A stretch of 56,665 nucleotides of DNA. Source: a virus. Its lineage: Duplodnaviria > Caudoviricetes. Below are positions 10,498-20,872 of the stretch, one piece after another (within the stretch, counting starts at the first letter, position 1; each line of letters opens with the position of its first letter). Made by a program: the position numbers and the translations under genes. The stretch covers positions 1-56,665 of IMG/VR virus record IMGVR_UViG_3300010370_000044; one strand, 5' to 3'. The notes below the pieces were generated by a model. It saw nothing but the letters and a program-made list of their open reading frames with translations. It had not been told where the DNA came from and did not search any database.

Positions 10498-10507
10498 AAC
10501 AACAAGC

Positions 10508-13500
10508 ATGTCTGTAAACAAAGATAAAGCAAAGCTGCTTTTTGATGCAACAAGCCAAGACTACGGTATCAACAACTTTGATTCGTTCGTTGAATCATTA
10601 AATGATGATGTAAAGCGCAAGGAGTTCTTTGAGATGGCAGGAGCAAAATACAATATTGGTAACAATATTGATGAGTTTGAAGAGAAGCTCGGTATTAAAA
10701 AAAAAATTCTGGCGGAAGAGACACTTCAGCCAAATCTGGAAAAGCCAATACTCACTCAGTTAGAACAAATAATTCCTCAGTTAGAACCAAAGGATGGTGG
10801 CGAAGAATTACCTCGTTCATCCGCAAAGCAACCAAGCTCCTCCCCATCAGAATCTCAATTACCATCTCCATCGGAAGGTAAGCCTGTTTACAATCTAGGT
10901 AATACTGCGTTAGACATAAAGGCTAATGCCAAGAAGTACGCAGATCAGTTTTATTCTACTACAAAAAAGAAGGTTGATGACGCAATGTCTGAGTATAACT
11001 CTCAGGTTGCGTGGCTTAATAATGAGATTAACGCCGGTGGAATTACACGGATGGAGGTTAACTCATTGTCAAGCGGATTTAAGCGTCAGGCTGAACGTAA
11101 GATAGAAAAGGCTAAAGAGGAATATAATAATCAGATTGCAGAAATTAATAATCAGGCTGGCTCTTTGCTTCAAAAGTTTAATGCAGCCGTACCCAATTCA
11201 TCCCCAGTTGCACCATCTCAAGCATTAAATGCTAACACAGGTGATCCATTAAAGGGTCTTCGTGGCTCCGATAAAGCAAAGGTTGCTGAGCGTGCAAATC
11301 AAATAGGGATTGATCCGGAAGCTTTATATGCTGCCGTAAATGATTTTGATGGTGATGATGAAGTGATTCTGAAAAAAGCTAAAGAGTTTGCAACCAACAG
11401 AGCTGAGTATAATAAGAGTAAGGCTGCTTACACGTGGCGCAACTTGCTAAAAACCACAATGAAAAATAGTGGCGTACCTGATGACGAGGCTAATATAAAA
11501 ATTAATTACGTGACCAAGCTCCAACAGCTTGACATAGATCCTCAGACAAATCAGAGCATACCAGCTACATATGAATCTTCTTTCAACAGAGTATCAAAAA
11601 TTGGTGATGTAATAAAGCAAAACATCACAAATGAGGGGGACCTACGTGAGGCACTTCGCGCTCTTAATGTTGACGCATATGCTGTGATGTATCAGGGAAT
11701 GAAAGATCAGAATGTGGTCAACAATTGGGCTAAAACTGGAAACGGGAATGTATTTGTTGGGGCAGGTCTTGATATGCTTCGTCTTACAGATCCAGAAAGG
11801 GCAAAGACTCTTTTAGAAAGAATACAGAATCAGTACGCAACAAACGAAGATAAGGCATTATATCAAAGGGAGCTTGAGAATATTGGTCTAAATGCAATTG
11901 CATTTGAGGTAAATAGGAATCTTAACAGAGCTACTCAATCTGAAAAATCTCCATCAGAAAGTTTCATAAGCGCTCTCAACAATTGGAAGACTCTCGCTGA
12001 AAAGACAAAGGCGTCTCAGGTAAATAGATACGGTGATGTCATCGGAGCAGACATTGACAGAACGCTGTACGATGTTACAGAGGGTCTTGAGACTTCAACT
12101 GGTGAAAAGGCAATTTATAATATTGCGACGGGTATGACAGAGTGGTTGGATAGAGGCATATCTGCCATCTGGGATTACACAACTAAAAATCAAGAACAGA
12201 GAGTTGCCGCTGACATGAAGAGGGATCACTCGAAGTATGTTACGGAAGAAATTCTAAACTACGCTGATGTTGGTTCTACGATGCGTGAGGCTGAATACAT
12301 ACCAAAGCTTGTAGACCCAGAGATCAAGAAGCGGGTTGATGAAGTGATGGCAAACACATCTCTGGACAGAGATGAAAAGTACAAGCAAATCTACCCTTTA
12401 ATTAAGAACGCATACATTAACGGCGGGATTGAATTTTTCTCCAACCCAAACAAAGGAAATATAAACCTAACGTCAAAGAATATCCTACACCTTCTTTCAA
12501 CGTCAGGAGCTAGGTCTATCGGAAACGTAATACCAGCTGTCATGACTGGCGGTGGTGCTTCAACTGCACTAATCGCTGGTCTTGATGCTGCTGCCATGAA
12601 GTATGACGAGCAGTTCAGAGAGGGTTCTAATGACCCTCTTGCAAGATCTATAAGAACTGGTTTGACCGTTGGTGCTCTTGCTGGTATCATGGACGAGGCT
12701 GCTGCACTGTCTAAGGCGTTTAAGGGAGGGAGTGCTTCACTGGTTTCTAGGCCTACGGCTATCTCCTCCGCAAAAACATTTGGCACGAACATATTAAAAG
12801 AGGAGGGGGAAGAGCTACTTACAGAGGCTTTAGATGGCGACGTGGTGAAGAACTGGAAAGAGGTTGTTCTGTCTACGGCTATTATTTCTCCGATCTTCGC
12901 TGGTCCTACAGCCATCATAGACAACAGGCGGTCTTCTGATATGTACCGGCAGTTGTGGTTTGAGGCAGGAGCTAGTCCCGAGCTGGCAAAGAATGGTCTT
13001 AACCGCATGTTAAACGAGGGCGCTATAAATACGACCCAGTTTAACGAGGCATCTAAGAGGGTTGACAGAATGGCCCAGATCGTGGCCAATATGCCAAAGA
13101 CGGATATGAATGGTAAGCCTCTTAGCGACGCACAGAAGGCTAAGTATGCAGACAACCTGATGAAGAAGTATGACGCCAAGAGCATCCCGGACACGCTTCC
13201 AACTAAGGTTGCAGAGCAGATAAAGGCTGATGCTGAAAAAGCTGATGCAGAAAACGCTTCCATACTTGAGGGACAAGCTGCTCCAGAACTCTCTACTACA
13301 GAGGATAAAACAACTGAACAAATATCCAAGCAGGATCAGATCAAGCAAAAGAACGAATTCATTACTGACGCAGACTTTGTTCAAGAGGCATTCACACCTG
13401 AAGAAGATGCTGCTGATCGTGAGGCATTGCCCGAGTCGCAGTTTAAGACAGAGGAAGAGCTTTCAGACTTCTTGGCAAATGGTCAGTATGCAATGCTAAC

Positions 13501-16500
13501 TGGACAGAACCCAGAAGCCACACCACTTTCCAAAGATGCAAACCGTAAGCTAAACGAAAAGGCTCAGCAGTGGTTGAGTTCGCGTGGACTTACAGCTATA
13601 CCAATTTTTGGTAAGTACGGCAACTCTGAGCGCTCATTCATGGTCCCTAATATGACCAAGCAGCAGGCGGTAGAATTTGCTAAAGAATTCCAGCAGGAGT
13701 CAGTGGCTCATAGCTCTGGCCTTGTATATCAGGACGGTTCATTTAATCCAAGAACAGAGGGTGTAGATATCAGCCCCAGATTTGATCAGGGTGGTGACTT
13801 CTTCTCTACCATTAATGTCGGTGGCAAGAAGGTTGACTTCTCCATTAACTACGACTTCGATACTAAGGTAGAGCCAAAGAAAGCTTTGTACGAAAGCCTG
13901 CGTAAAAGAATGTTCGGTGATGTTGGTCAGAAGGTTGCCAGTGCACAGAAAGCGCTTGAGAAAACAGGTGTTGTAATCAACATGATTCAGGACCCTGCAG
14001 AGTTTGATCGAACAGTAGCCCAGTTCGGGGGACAGAAAGGCATTGAGGGTGTATTCGTTTCCGATCAGGGACAGATATTTATCAACCAGTCTAAACTCGA
14101 TCAGGGTATTGCCGATGGCCGGGTTATCTGGCACGAGTCCTCACACCCAGTGGTTAATATTATTAGAAACACGAACCGCCAGCTTTTTGATAAGGTTGTG
14201 TCCGGTCTTAAGCAGGCATCTAAGAACAACAAAGGTGTAATGGATGCTTTGACTTGGGCTGAAACAAACTACGCTCAGGATGGTCAGGGCGTTGTTGATG
14301 ACGAGGCTGTTGTTGAAACAATAGCTGGAATAGCAGAAGGCACTATTGATATACAGGCGCTTCCTACTGGGGTAAAGCAATCTATTATAGAGTTTATTAA
14401 TCGTATTGCTAGAGCGCTTGGCTTTGATCAGGTGCTTGATGATACAGATATCGCGGCTTTTAAGAAGCTCGCCAGTGATGTAGCCAATGCACTAAGTACT
14501 GGTCAAGACATTTCAGAGATAGTAGGTGCAGAGAATGTAAAAGAGTACCTTAATACTGTTGAGGCACCCGGAATTGTAACTGGAGGCGAGCTCAATAAGG
14601 CAACACAGTCTAGGGTTACTGCAGAACCAGCTGTAAATGTATATGCATCAAAAGATGTTTCTGCACTTCCACAGAAAAGTTTAACTGAAATATACGAGCA
14701 GTTCGGTGGTAAAGCTGTTGTGATAAATTCAGACCCTACACGCGTTGGTACTCTTACCCTACCATCAGGCAAAACCATATTCATGTATGGTGGACCTGCA
14801 TACTTGTCTGTAAAAGATAACGTGGATGGTAATGTAGGATTCGCTACCACGCAGATTAGTAAGGTTAACACTTGGATGAACTATGTGAAGGAGGTGTTTG
14901 GTGATCAGCCCGGTGTTACACTTGTGGCTTCACAGGCGCCAACATCAATACTTAGTAATTCATACGCCCTACGCTATGTGATGGATGGTATATCACAGTT
15001 GCCGAAGTCTGTGCTCAAGTCATCTGATTTCAAGAACGAGTTCTTTGGAAAGGATCTAGTGTTACTGAAGGATGCTTTTGGGGAGAAGGCTTACAATGAA
15101 TTTGTAAACAAGTATAAGAAAGCTGACCTGTCTAACCCCGAGGTGATTGATGCAATGATCTCCGAGATGGCATACAAGGTTGGAGATGATAATAAGCCGG
15201 CAAGTTTTAAGGCGCGTGGTGCATTTGTTAGTAACCTGCTTGGAGGCTTAGCCGAGAAGGCGTCTCTTAAGGGTGTTGAGGGTGATAAGGGTTACGTGTC
15301 TAAGAAGCCAAACAAGTTTATTGCAAAGCAAATGATGGATCGTCTTGGCATTAATGCCGAGAAGGTGATGAGAGAGATTGGAGAGCCTTCGCTTGTTGAG
15401 CAGTACATGAACGAAGGCAACTGGGGATTTGCAGTAGCTGGGTTCGAGACAGATCCGAATATAACTGTCGAGTCTGTACAGAACGGTGGGGTTAAGCACC
15501 CACTGTTTAACGCCAAGTTCCCCGGTAAGAACCCATTCATTCTGGATGGCGCATATGACCTTGACCAGATGTTTACTCCTGTAGAAATGACTGGTCCCTC
15601 TGGCATGCCATATACAAAGACTGCCTCACAGATGCTGGCTGGTAGTATGTATGTAAAGGGTCAGCCTATCAGCGGTCAGGGATCGTTTGAATATAAGAAT
15701 GTCAGCCCTTCTGGTAGAAGAATACAGTCATCTAAAGGTAATCGTGTGACACGTGCAATGGAAAATGTGTCCAACCAAATGACTGAGGATGGTCAGGGAA
15801 ACTACGTATTCTACCACTATTCTAACAAAGATATTAAGAAGATCGATCCATCCAAGTTTGGGCGTAATCTAGCCACTGGTCGTGATGAGCGTCCGGGTGT
15901 TGGGCTGTCCATGTACTATACACGTCCCGATATTATGGAGGCAAATGTGCCTTCAGAATTTGGATATGTCGTGCGCATCCCAAAGAATAAGGTGTATCCA
16001 TTCAATGACGATCCTCTTAATCTTCTTCCTGAAGCTGAGAAGCAATTTAAAAAGCAATTCCCAGATCAGGCATTTGACTTTAATAAGCAGGTAGGTTTTG
16101 TGACCAAGGTGGCTGCAGATCGGGGGTATCCTATGACCGTTGCTGAATGGAATGTCGGTAGGAAGAAAGCTCTCAGAGCTCAGACAACCGAATCAATGAA
16201 GCCTGAGAAGTTTAAGGAAAATGTGTTTGAGGATGGCTACTTGCAGGAGAAGATTAACCCTAAGCTTGACTTTGTTCCGAACGCTAAGAAGCGTGCACAG
16301 ATGTCAAAGGGCAACCGCGACAATGAGATCCGTCAGTTTATTCGTGAGAATATCGGGCAGTATAGTCCTGATGAAATCTCTCAGGCAATCCAAGATGAGA
16401 TTGGCATTTCAAAGGCCGACGCTGATGCAATGGTTGCTGCCGAGTCTAAAGGTCAGGCGCCATTGGCTGAAGAGATTAAAACATTCCAAGAAGGACAGGG

Positions 16501-19033
16501 CGAGGAGAAGCCACGTGCAATGGCTGATCAGTTCGACAATCTTGCTCCTGAGGTAGAGTCTCAGATAGACGACGAGGCTCGTACATACTTTGCCAAAACT
16601 AATAAGCAGACCGACGAAGAGGTAGATAAGTTTATTGAGGGTAAGGACATGGCAGCTCTGGCTGACTATGTTGTTTCAAACCCCAACATCCCGGGTCGAG
16701 TTAAGATCTGGATGGCAGCCAAGGTTGCGAAGAATCTGGGCAGAGACATCGAGGCAGCTCGTGCAAATGGAGATCAAGCAGAAGTTGCAAGACTGTCTGA
16801 AAAGCAGGCCAATATTTATAACACATTTGCCCGGGAAGCTACAGAGCTTGGTCAGGCGGTGCAGGCGTTTGTGGCTTTCAATGACGATCCTAATGCTGTA
16901 AACTTCTTCCTGAATAAGATCCTGCGCCAGCTCAAAGAAAAGGGTGTGGAGTCTATTACCGATCAGCAGCGTAATGACATTATCGGATTGATGCAGGCGG
17001 TTAATAACGCCCGCCCGGGTCTTCCTAAGAACAAGGCCATCATCCAGCTATCCCACTACTTGGGTAGACTGGCGCCTGTTAATATCGGAGATGTACTGCA
17101 GTCAATCTGGTACGCACACATACTTAGCGGTGTAACTACACAGCTTAAGAACATCTACGCGAATACTACGATGTTGGCACTGGAGCTCCCGATCGGGGCG
17201 ACTTGGCAGTCGATGAAGAACAGAAGCCTGATGCCTTTTGTGTATGCGTTTAAGGGTCTTGGAGCAGGACTAGCAAAGGGTATTGTAAAGGGCGCTGACA
17301 TTCTGCGCGCAGGTGTTACAGAAAAGGATGCAAATAAATTCTTCGGCACTGAGCCTGTACTTGAATACTTCTCTTGGAAGCAGACCAAACTTGGCAAGCT
17401 CGGGGGCGGTGCTGTAGGTAAGTTATTAGACTTCCCTCTGTTTATTGGTATATCGCCTAAGACATTGAAGATGGTTGGCCGTGCTCTTGCCGGAGCGGAT
17501 GCTTTCTTCTCTACCACAGCTCAGGAGGCTATGGCAAATATGCTTGCATACAACCAAGCTGTTGCTGAGGGCAAGTCTGGTATCACGCCTAACGGATATC
17601 GCAGGGTTCAGGAACTGTTGGGTAACACCAAGCAGACCATTCAGGACTCAGAGGCTACGGCTGTATCTGAAGGATTCAAGCCCGGAACAATAGAGTACAA
17701 GCGCCGTGTGATCGAGCTTGTTACACAGACCAGAAATGAACAGAATCAGGTTGCGGCCGAGGAGTTCGGTAAGCGTGTAACGCTGACTAACGAGCCGGAA
17801 GGATTTACCCGTGGTATATACCAAGTCGCTACCGCTATACAGCAGTACATGCCTATCGCACGAGTGGTTATACCTTTTACCCGTATCGTCTCTAACATAT
17901 CTGAGATGATCATCAACTACTCTCCTGCTGGCGCATACCGTGCGTTGACTGGAATCAAGAACCCAAAGCTGTCGTTTAAGTTCAGTCCAACTGGTGACAA
18001 CAAACTAAGCGATGAAGCAAGGGGCGAGTTGTTCCTGAAATCAAGCATGGCAATTGCCGCAGTAGCTCTATTGATGGACAATGTTGGTGACGATGAAGAG
18101 GATTGGTTTGATATTACCGGAGGTGGACCTACAGACTTCCAGAAAAAGTACGAGCTGATGAAGGGTGGATGGCGCCCGTATACTATCAAATTAAAAGACG
18201 GAAGATATGTAAGCTATGCAGACTGGCCCATCGCAGGCGCTCTGTCTGGCCTTGGCACCATGCGTGACATTCAGCAGTATGAGAAGGAGGATGTAAAGAA
18301 GAATGAATCTAGACTTGGACTTGCCGCATATGGGTACCTGACTGCATTCTATGACAAGTCTTTGATCAAAGGTATATCTGACTTCGTTGACCTGTTCCGC
18401 CTTAAGGGTAAGTACGGACCAGATGCTACAAGTCTTGAAAAGTTTGAGAAGTTTATGGCCAACCAAGCCAAGGCTTTGGGCATGACGAACTTTAGCCAGC
18501 AGGTATTCAAACTTATTCAGGAGTACAACGACGATCCGATTAAGGAGGCTAAAGGATGGGAGACACTGTATCGTGATCTCCCGGTTATTAACGACGGTCT
18601 TAACCCCATAATAGATGTATTCGGAGATCCGGTTACGCCTAGTACAACAGAGCGGCTTTTGCCTTGGTTAACTGTGGCAGACGAGAAAAAGGATGCGATG
18701 ATTGAGATGCTGAACAAGAAGGGGATCTTTATTGGTATTCCGGAGGAGAAGCCTTTCGTTGAACTTGAGACTAGAACAGAGCGAGAGATGACTCGCGATG
18801 AGCTGTATCAATATCGCAAGATGGCTGGCGAATACACCAAGGCAATCCTGCTAAACAGAATTGATGACATCAGCAATGCTGCTGACAAATATGAGGGGGA
18901 GTTTAAGCAGAAGGCTTGGGAGAAGATGATTGGTAATGTCGTGGGAGTGGCAAGAAAGAGAGCATATGTAGACTTGCTGATGAACAAGAAGACAGATATC
19001 AACAAGCTGTTTGAAGATCTTAATCAGGAATAG
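10508..19033 (+). CDS. Giant internal virion / large polyvalent protein (~2840 aa)
   Basis: Uninterrupted ORF; DUF3293-like segment, HESSH zincin motif, ART-like segment and LPD38-like C-terminus; ATG at 10508 preferred. Confidence 0.7.
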   Translation: MSVNKDKAKLLFDATSQDYGINNFDSFVESLNDDVKRKEFFEMAGAKYNIGNNIDEFEEKLGIKKKILAEETLQPNLEKPILTQLEQIIPQLEPKDGGEELPRSSAKQPSSSPSESQLPSPSEGKPVYNLGNTALDIKANAKKYADQFYSTTKKKVDDAMSEYNSQVAWLNNEINAGGITRMEVNSLSSGFKRQAERKIEKAKEEYNNQIAEINNQAGSLLQKFNAAVPNSSPVAPSQALNANTGDPLKGLRGSDKAKVAERANQIGIDPEALYAAVNDFDGDDEVILKKAKEFATNRAEYNKSKAAYTWRNLLKTTMKNSGVPDDEANIKINYVTKLQQLDIDPQTNQSIPATYESSFNRVSKIGDVIKQNITNEGDLREALRALNVDAYAVMYQGMKDQNVVNNWAKTGNGNVFVGAGLDMLRLTDPERAKTLLERIQNQYATNEDKALYQRELENIGLNAIAFEVNRNLNRATQSEKSPSESFISALNNWKTLAEKTKASQVNRYGDVIGADIDRTLYDVTEGLETSTGEKAIYNIATGMTEWLDRGISAIWDYTTKNQEQRVAADMKRDHSKYVTEEILNYADVGSTMREAEYIPKLVDPEIKKRVDEVMANTSLDRDEKYKQIYPLIKNAYINGGIEFFSNPNKGNINLTSKNILHLLSTSGARSIGNVIPAVMTGGGASTALIAGLDAAAMKYDEQFREGSNDPLARSIRTGLTVGALAGIMDEAAALSKAFKGGSASLVSRPTAISSAKTFGTNILKEEGEELLTEALDGDVVKNWKEVVLSTAIISPIFAGPTAIIDNRRSSDMYRQLWFEAGASPELAKNGLNRMLNEGAINTTQFNEASKRVDRMAQIVANMPKTDMNGKPLSDAQKAKYADNLMKKYDAKSIPDTLPTKVAEQIKADAEKADAENASILEGQAAPELSTTEDKTTEQISKQDQIKQKNEFITDADFVQEAFTPEEDAADREALPESQFKTEEELSDFLANGQYAMLTGQNPEATPLSKDANRKLNEKAQQWLSSRGLTAIPIFGKYGNSERSFMVPNMTKQQAVEFAKEFQQESVAHSSGLVYQDGSFNPRTEGVDISPRFDQGGDFFSTINVGGKKVDFSINYDFDTKVEPKKALYESLRKRMFGDVGQKVASAQKALEKTGVVINMIQDPAEFDRTVAQFGGQKGIEGVFVSDQGQIFINQSKLDQGIADGRVIWHESSHPVVNIIRNTNRQLFDKVVSGLKQASKNNKGVMDALTWAETNYAQDGQGVVDDEAVVETIAGIAEGTIDIQALPTGVKQSIIEFINRIARALGFDQVLDDTDIAAFKKLASDVANALSTGQDISEIVGAENVKEYLNTVEAPGIVTGGELNKATQSRVTAEPAVNVYASKDVSALPQKSLTEIYEQFGGKAVVINSDPTRVGTLTLPSGKTIFMYGGPAYLSVKDNVDGNVGFATTQISKVNTWMNYVKEVFGDQPGVTLVASQAPTSILSNSYALRYVMDGISQLPKSVLKSSDFKNEFFGKDLVLLKDAFGEKAYNEFVNKYKKADLSNPEVIDAMISEMAYKVGDDNKPASFKARGAFVSNLLGGLAEKASLKGVEGDKGYVSKKPNKFIAKQMMDRLGINAEKVMREIGEPSLVEQYMNEGNWGFAVAGFETDPNITVESVQNGGVKHPLFNAKFPGKNPFILDGAYDLDQMFTPVEMTGPSGMPYTKTASQMLAGSMYVKGQPISGQGSFEYKNVSPSGRRIQSSKGNRVTRAMENVSNQMTEDGQGNYVFYHYSNKDIKKIDPSKFGRNLATGRDERPGVGLSMYYTRPDIMEANVPSEFGYVVRIPKNKVYPFNDDPLNLLPEAEKQFKKQFPDQAFDFNKQVGFVTKVAADRGYPMTVAEWNVGRKKALRAQTTESMKPEKFKENVFEDGYLQEKINPKLDFVPNAKKRAQMSKGNRDNEIRQFIRENIGQYSPDEISQAIQDEIGISKADADAMVAAESKGQAPLAEEIKTFQEGQGEEKPRAMADQFDNLAPEVESQIDDEARTYFAKTNKQTDEEVDKFIEGKDMAALADYVVSNPNIPGRVKIWMAAKVAKNLGRDIEAARANGDQAEVARLSEKQANIYNTFAREATELGQAVQAFVAFNDDPNAVNFFLNKILRQLKEKGVESITDQQRNDIIGLMQAVNNARPGLPKNKAIIQLSHYLGRLAPVNIGDVLQSIWYAHILSGVTTQLKNIYANTTMLALELPIGATWQSMKNRSLMPFVYAFKGLGAGLAKGIVKGADILRAGVTEKDANKFFGTEPVLEYFSWKQTKLGKLGGGAVGKLLDFPLFIGISPKTLKMVGRALAGADAFFSTTAQEAMANMLAYNQAVAEGKSGITPNGYRRVQELLGNTKQTIQDSEATAVSEGFKPGTIEYKRRVIELVTQTRNEQNQVAAEEFGKRVTLTNEPEGFTRGIYQVATAIQQYMPIARVVIPFTRIVSNISEMIINYSPAGAYRALTGIKNPKLSFKFSPTGDNKLSDEARGELFLKSSMAIAAVALLMDNVGDDEEDWFDITGGGPTDFQKKYELMKGGWRPYTIKLKDGRYVSYADWPIAGALSGLGTMRDIQQYEKEDVKKNESRLGLAAYGYLTAFYDKSLIKGISDFVDLFRLKGKYGPDATSLEKFEKFMANQAKALGMTNFSQQVFKLIQEYNDDPIKEAKGWETLYRDLPVINDGLNPIIDVFGDPVTPSTTERLLPWLTVADEKKDAMIEMLNKKGIFIGIPEEKPFVELETRTEREMTRDELYQYRKMAGEYTKAILLNRIDDISNAADKYEGEFKQKAWEKMIGNVVGVARKRAYVDLLMNKKTDINKLFEDLNQE

Positions 19034-19343
19034 ACTCTATTATAGATTTTATCTCTATCAACAGTGATGTGATTCTATAACCGGCTTGTGATAGCGTGTA
19101 GCATGCTCCAGACCTCTCTATGATTTTATTTCTTTCAAGTTCCCTTATTGACTTTGCCATCTGAGTGCTGCTTATATCTGGTAGTAGCTGCTTTATCTTA
19201 TTAAATCTTGCTGGCTTTACATACAGGATAAACAATATCATTGGCTTCCACTTACCGCCAATCTTGCGCCGCTCATAATTTATTTTATTGTGATCTAGTT
19301 TACGCACGGTACAATTTATGACCATGCTTACCATTGCTGCCAC
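19020..19343 (-). CDS. HxlR-family winged-helix transcriptional regulator
   Basis: IGGKWKPMIL...RFNKIKQLLPDIS...RELE...YTLSQAG matches the HxlR pattern; exact start uncertain. Confidence 0.75.
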   Translation of the reverse strand: MAAMVSMVINCTVRKLDHNKINYERRKIGGKWKPMILFILYVKPARFNKIKQLLPDISSTQMAKSIRELERNKIIERSGACYTLSQAGYRITSLLIEIKSIIESIPD

Positions 19344-19438
19344 CGCTCATAATAAACCGGTAATAAAAAGATTACCTGTTTGAACAACCTTTTGTATGCT
19401 ATCTATCTAAACTAGATATATTGCTTAAAACTATTGTT

Positions 19439-19753
19439 ATGCCAACATTAAAGACATTTAAAAAACCAGAGCAAAGATCCGTTACCGTTGAATCTGGTGA
19501 AGTATTTATGATCCAGAAAAACATACCAATATCTGGAACATTCAGATCTCTTGGTGCACATCTAAGGTACCCGTTTGATAAGATGCTACCGGTGGAGTCG
19601 TTTGAAGTTAAAATTAATAAGACAGACGCCAGAAGGAGGGTTGCCAACCTATCGTCAGCATGTGCCTCATACGTCAAGAGGGGTAACAAGGCGGCCAAGT
19701 TCACCGTAAGGAGGACGGCAGACACTACCGTCAGGGTTTGGAGGATAAAATAA
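19439..19753 (+). CDS. Small basic putative DNA-binding phage protein
   Basis: YPFDKM..ESFEV and KFTVRR..VRVWRIK pattern seen in many phage proteins. Confidence 0.55.
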   Translation: MPTLKTFKKPEQRSVTVESGEVFMIQKNIPISGTFRSLGAHLRYPFDKMLPVESFEVKINKTDARRRVANLSSACASYVKRGNKAAKFTVRRTADTTVRVWRIK

Positions 19754-19754
19754 A

Positions 19755-19777
19755 AGGGCCCCCAGTTCGGGGGCTCT
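19755..19777 (+). terminator. GC-rich hairpin AGGGCCCCC-AGTTC-GGGGGCTCT (possible terminator)
   Basis: Inverted repeat just after a stop codon; A-run on the left would make a U-tail on the - strand; contains the CAGTTCGGGGG motif. Confidence 0.45.
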
Positions 19778-19900
19778 GTGGTTCATGTGCGGTGTGGTAG
19801 TGCAGTATGTGCAAACCCCGTGCCCTGTCACCCGATCTGCCAATATATCATGGTGTGTTTTTAATGGGTGATAGTTTGGGCCTAGGTAGCTTTGCCTATT

Positions 19901-20872
19901 ATGGCACTGTTAGACTTATACATATCCAATCTTACTGCTACGCCGGGAGGTCAGCCTGCTGGCGCCCCAGCTTCGAATACACCTCCGCCAGAAAATGGCG
20001 AGAAGAAGCTTGTCAGAAAGTATGCAACAACTGTACTCCCGGGAGGGAAGAAGACTCTTATTGACGTATCTAAGGAGGTTGCAAAGAATCTGAATCTCGA
20101 CCCCAATATGCTTGCCAGTAGCGCTCTTGTAGAGGGCGTTAATTTGATGTTTAATCCCAAAAATAAGATGATGGGAAGCGGGCTGGACTGGGCATCTGAT
20201 GCATATTATACGGCCGGAGAGCGTGGTCAGCTTGATATTAATAAGTACCCAGTTGACGCGTTCTATTACGCCGGTCTTGACAATTTTGGTAATATGGTTG
20301 AAGGGCTCAAGAAGAAAGGGTACCTGTCAAAGGACATGGACTTTGCAGTATACCCTGCTTGGAATGAGTCTGTAGAAAGGTCCATCAACAAATATGTGAA
20401 AGATAAGAATCTGATCAAGACCGCATACGAGGGCAAAGGTGAGGAAAGATTTAAGGCCATGGATCAGATCAATGAAATACTTGCAAAGTATGGCATAAAG
20501 CCAAACCAGACTGTTGCATTTAAGAATCCTGAAGATATGATCGCTGCAAAGGGCGCTTGGCTTCGCGACATGTCTGATCAGGTTGATGCATACGCAGCCA
20601 AGAAAAAGGTGAAGCTCACTCCCGAAGAAAAGAATTATCTGATCATGTCAGGATATAACGGAGGTCCGGGCACAATGCAAGGACTGATTAATGACATGGC
20701 TGCTGGCGTAAAGAATATCACCAAGGTTGGTGGGAAGAACAGGGCCGCACATACACATGTCAAAAAGAGAATGGACTATATGGGGTATATGACAGATATG
20801 TACTCTAGCCCATTCCCACAGCAGGGATCACTTCAGCAGACTGTTGGAGGAGCTCCGATGAACAACCAGTAA
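19901..20872 (+). CDS. Lytic transglycosylase / lysozyme-like protein
   Basis: LASSALVEG (catalytic Glu-like) and SGYNGGPG (SLT YNAG-like) motifs; own promoter TAGCTTTG at 19887-19894. Confidence 0.55.
   Translation: MALLDLYISNLTATPGGQPAGAPASNTPPPENGEKKLVRKYATTVLPGGKKTLIDVSKEVAKNLNLDPNMLASSALVEGVNLMFNPKNKMMGSGLDWASDAYYTAGERGQLDINKYPVDAFYYAGLDNFGNMVEGLKKKGYLSKDMDFAVYPAWNESVERSINKYVKDKNLIKTAYEGKGEERFKAMDQINEILAKYGIKPNQTVAFKNPEDMIAAKGAWLRDMSDQVDAYAAKKKVKLTPEEKNYLIMSGYNGGPGTMQGLINDMAAGVKNITKVGGKNRAAHTHVKKRMDYMGYMTDMYSSPFPQQGSLQQTVGGAPMNNQ

Noticed and set aside
11342-11356. DFDGD in the giant protein, resembling the RNAP catalytic NADFDGD motif
   Set aside because: It lies in an apparently helical region (ALYAAVNDFDGDDEVILKK) with no other recognisable double-psi-barrel motifs, so it is probably coincidental; a structure prediction would settle it.
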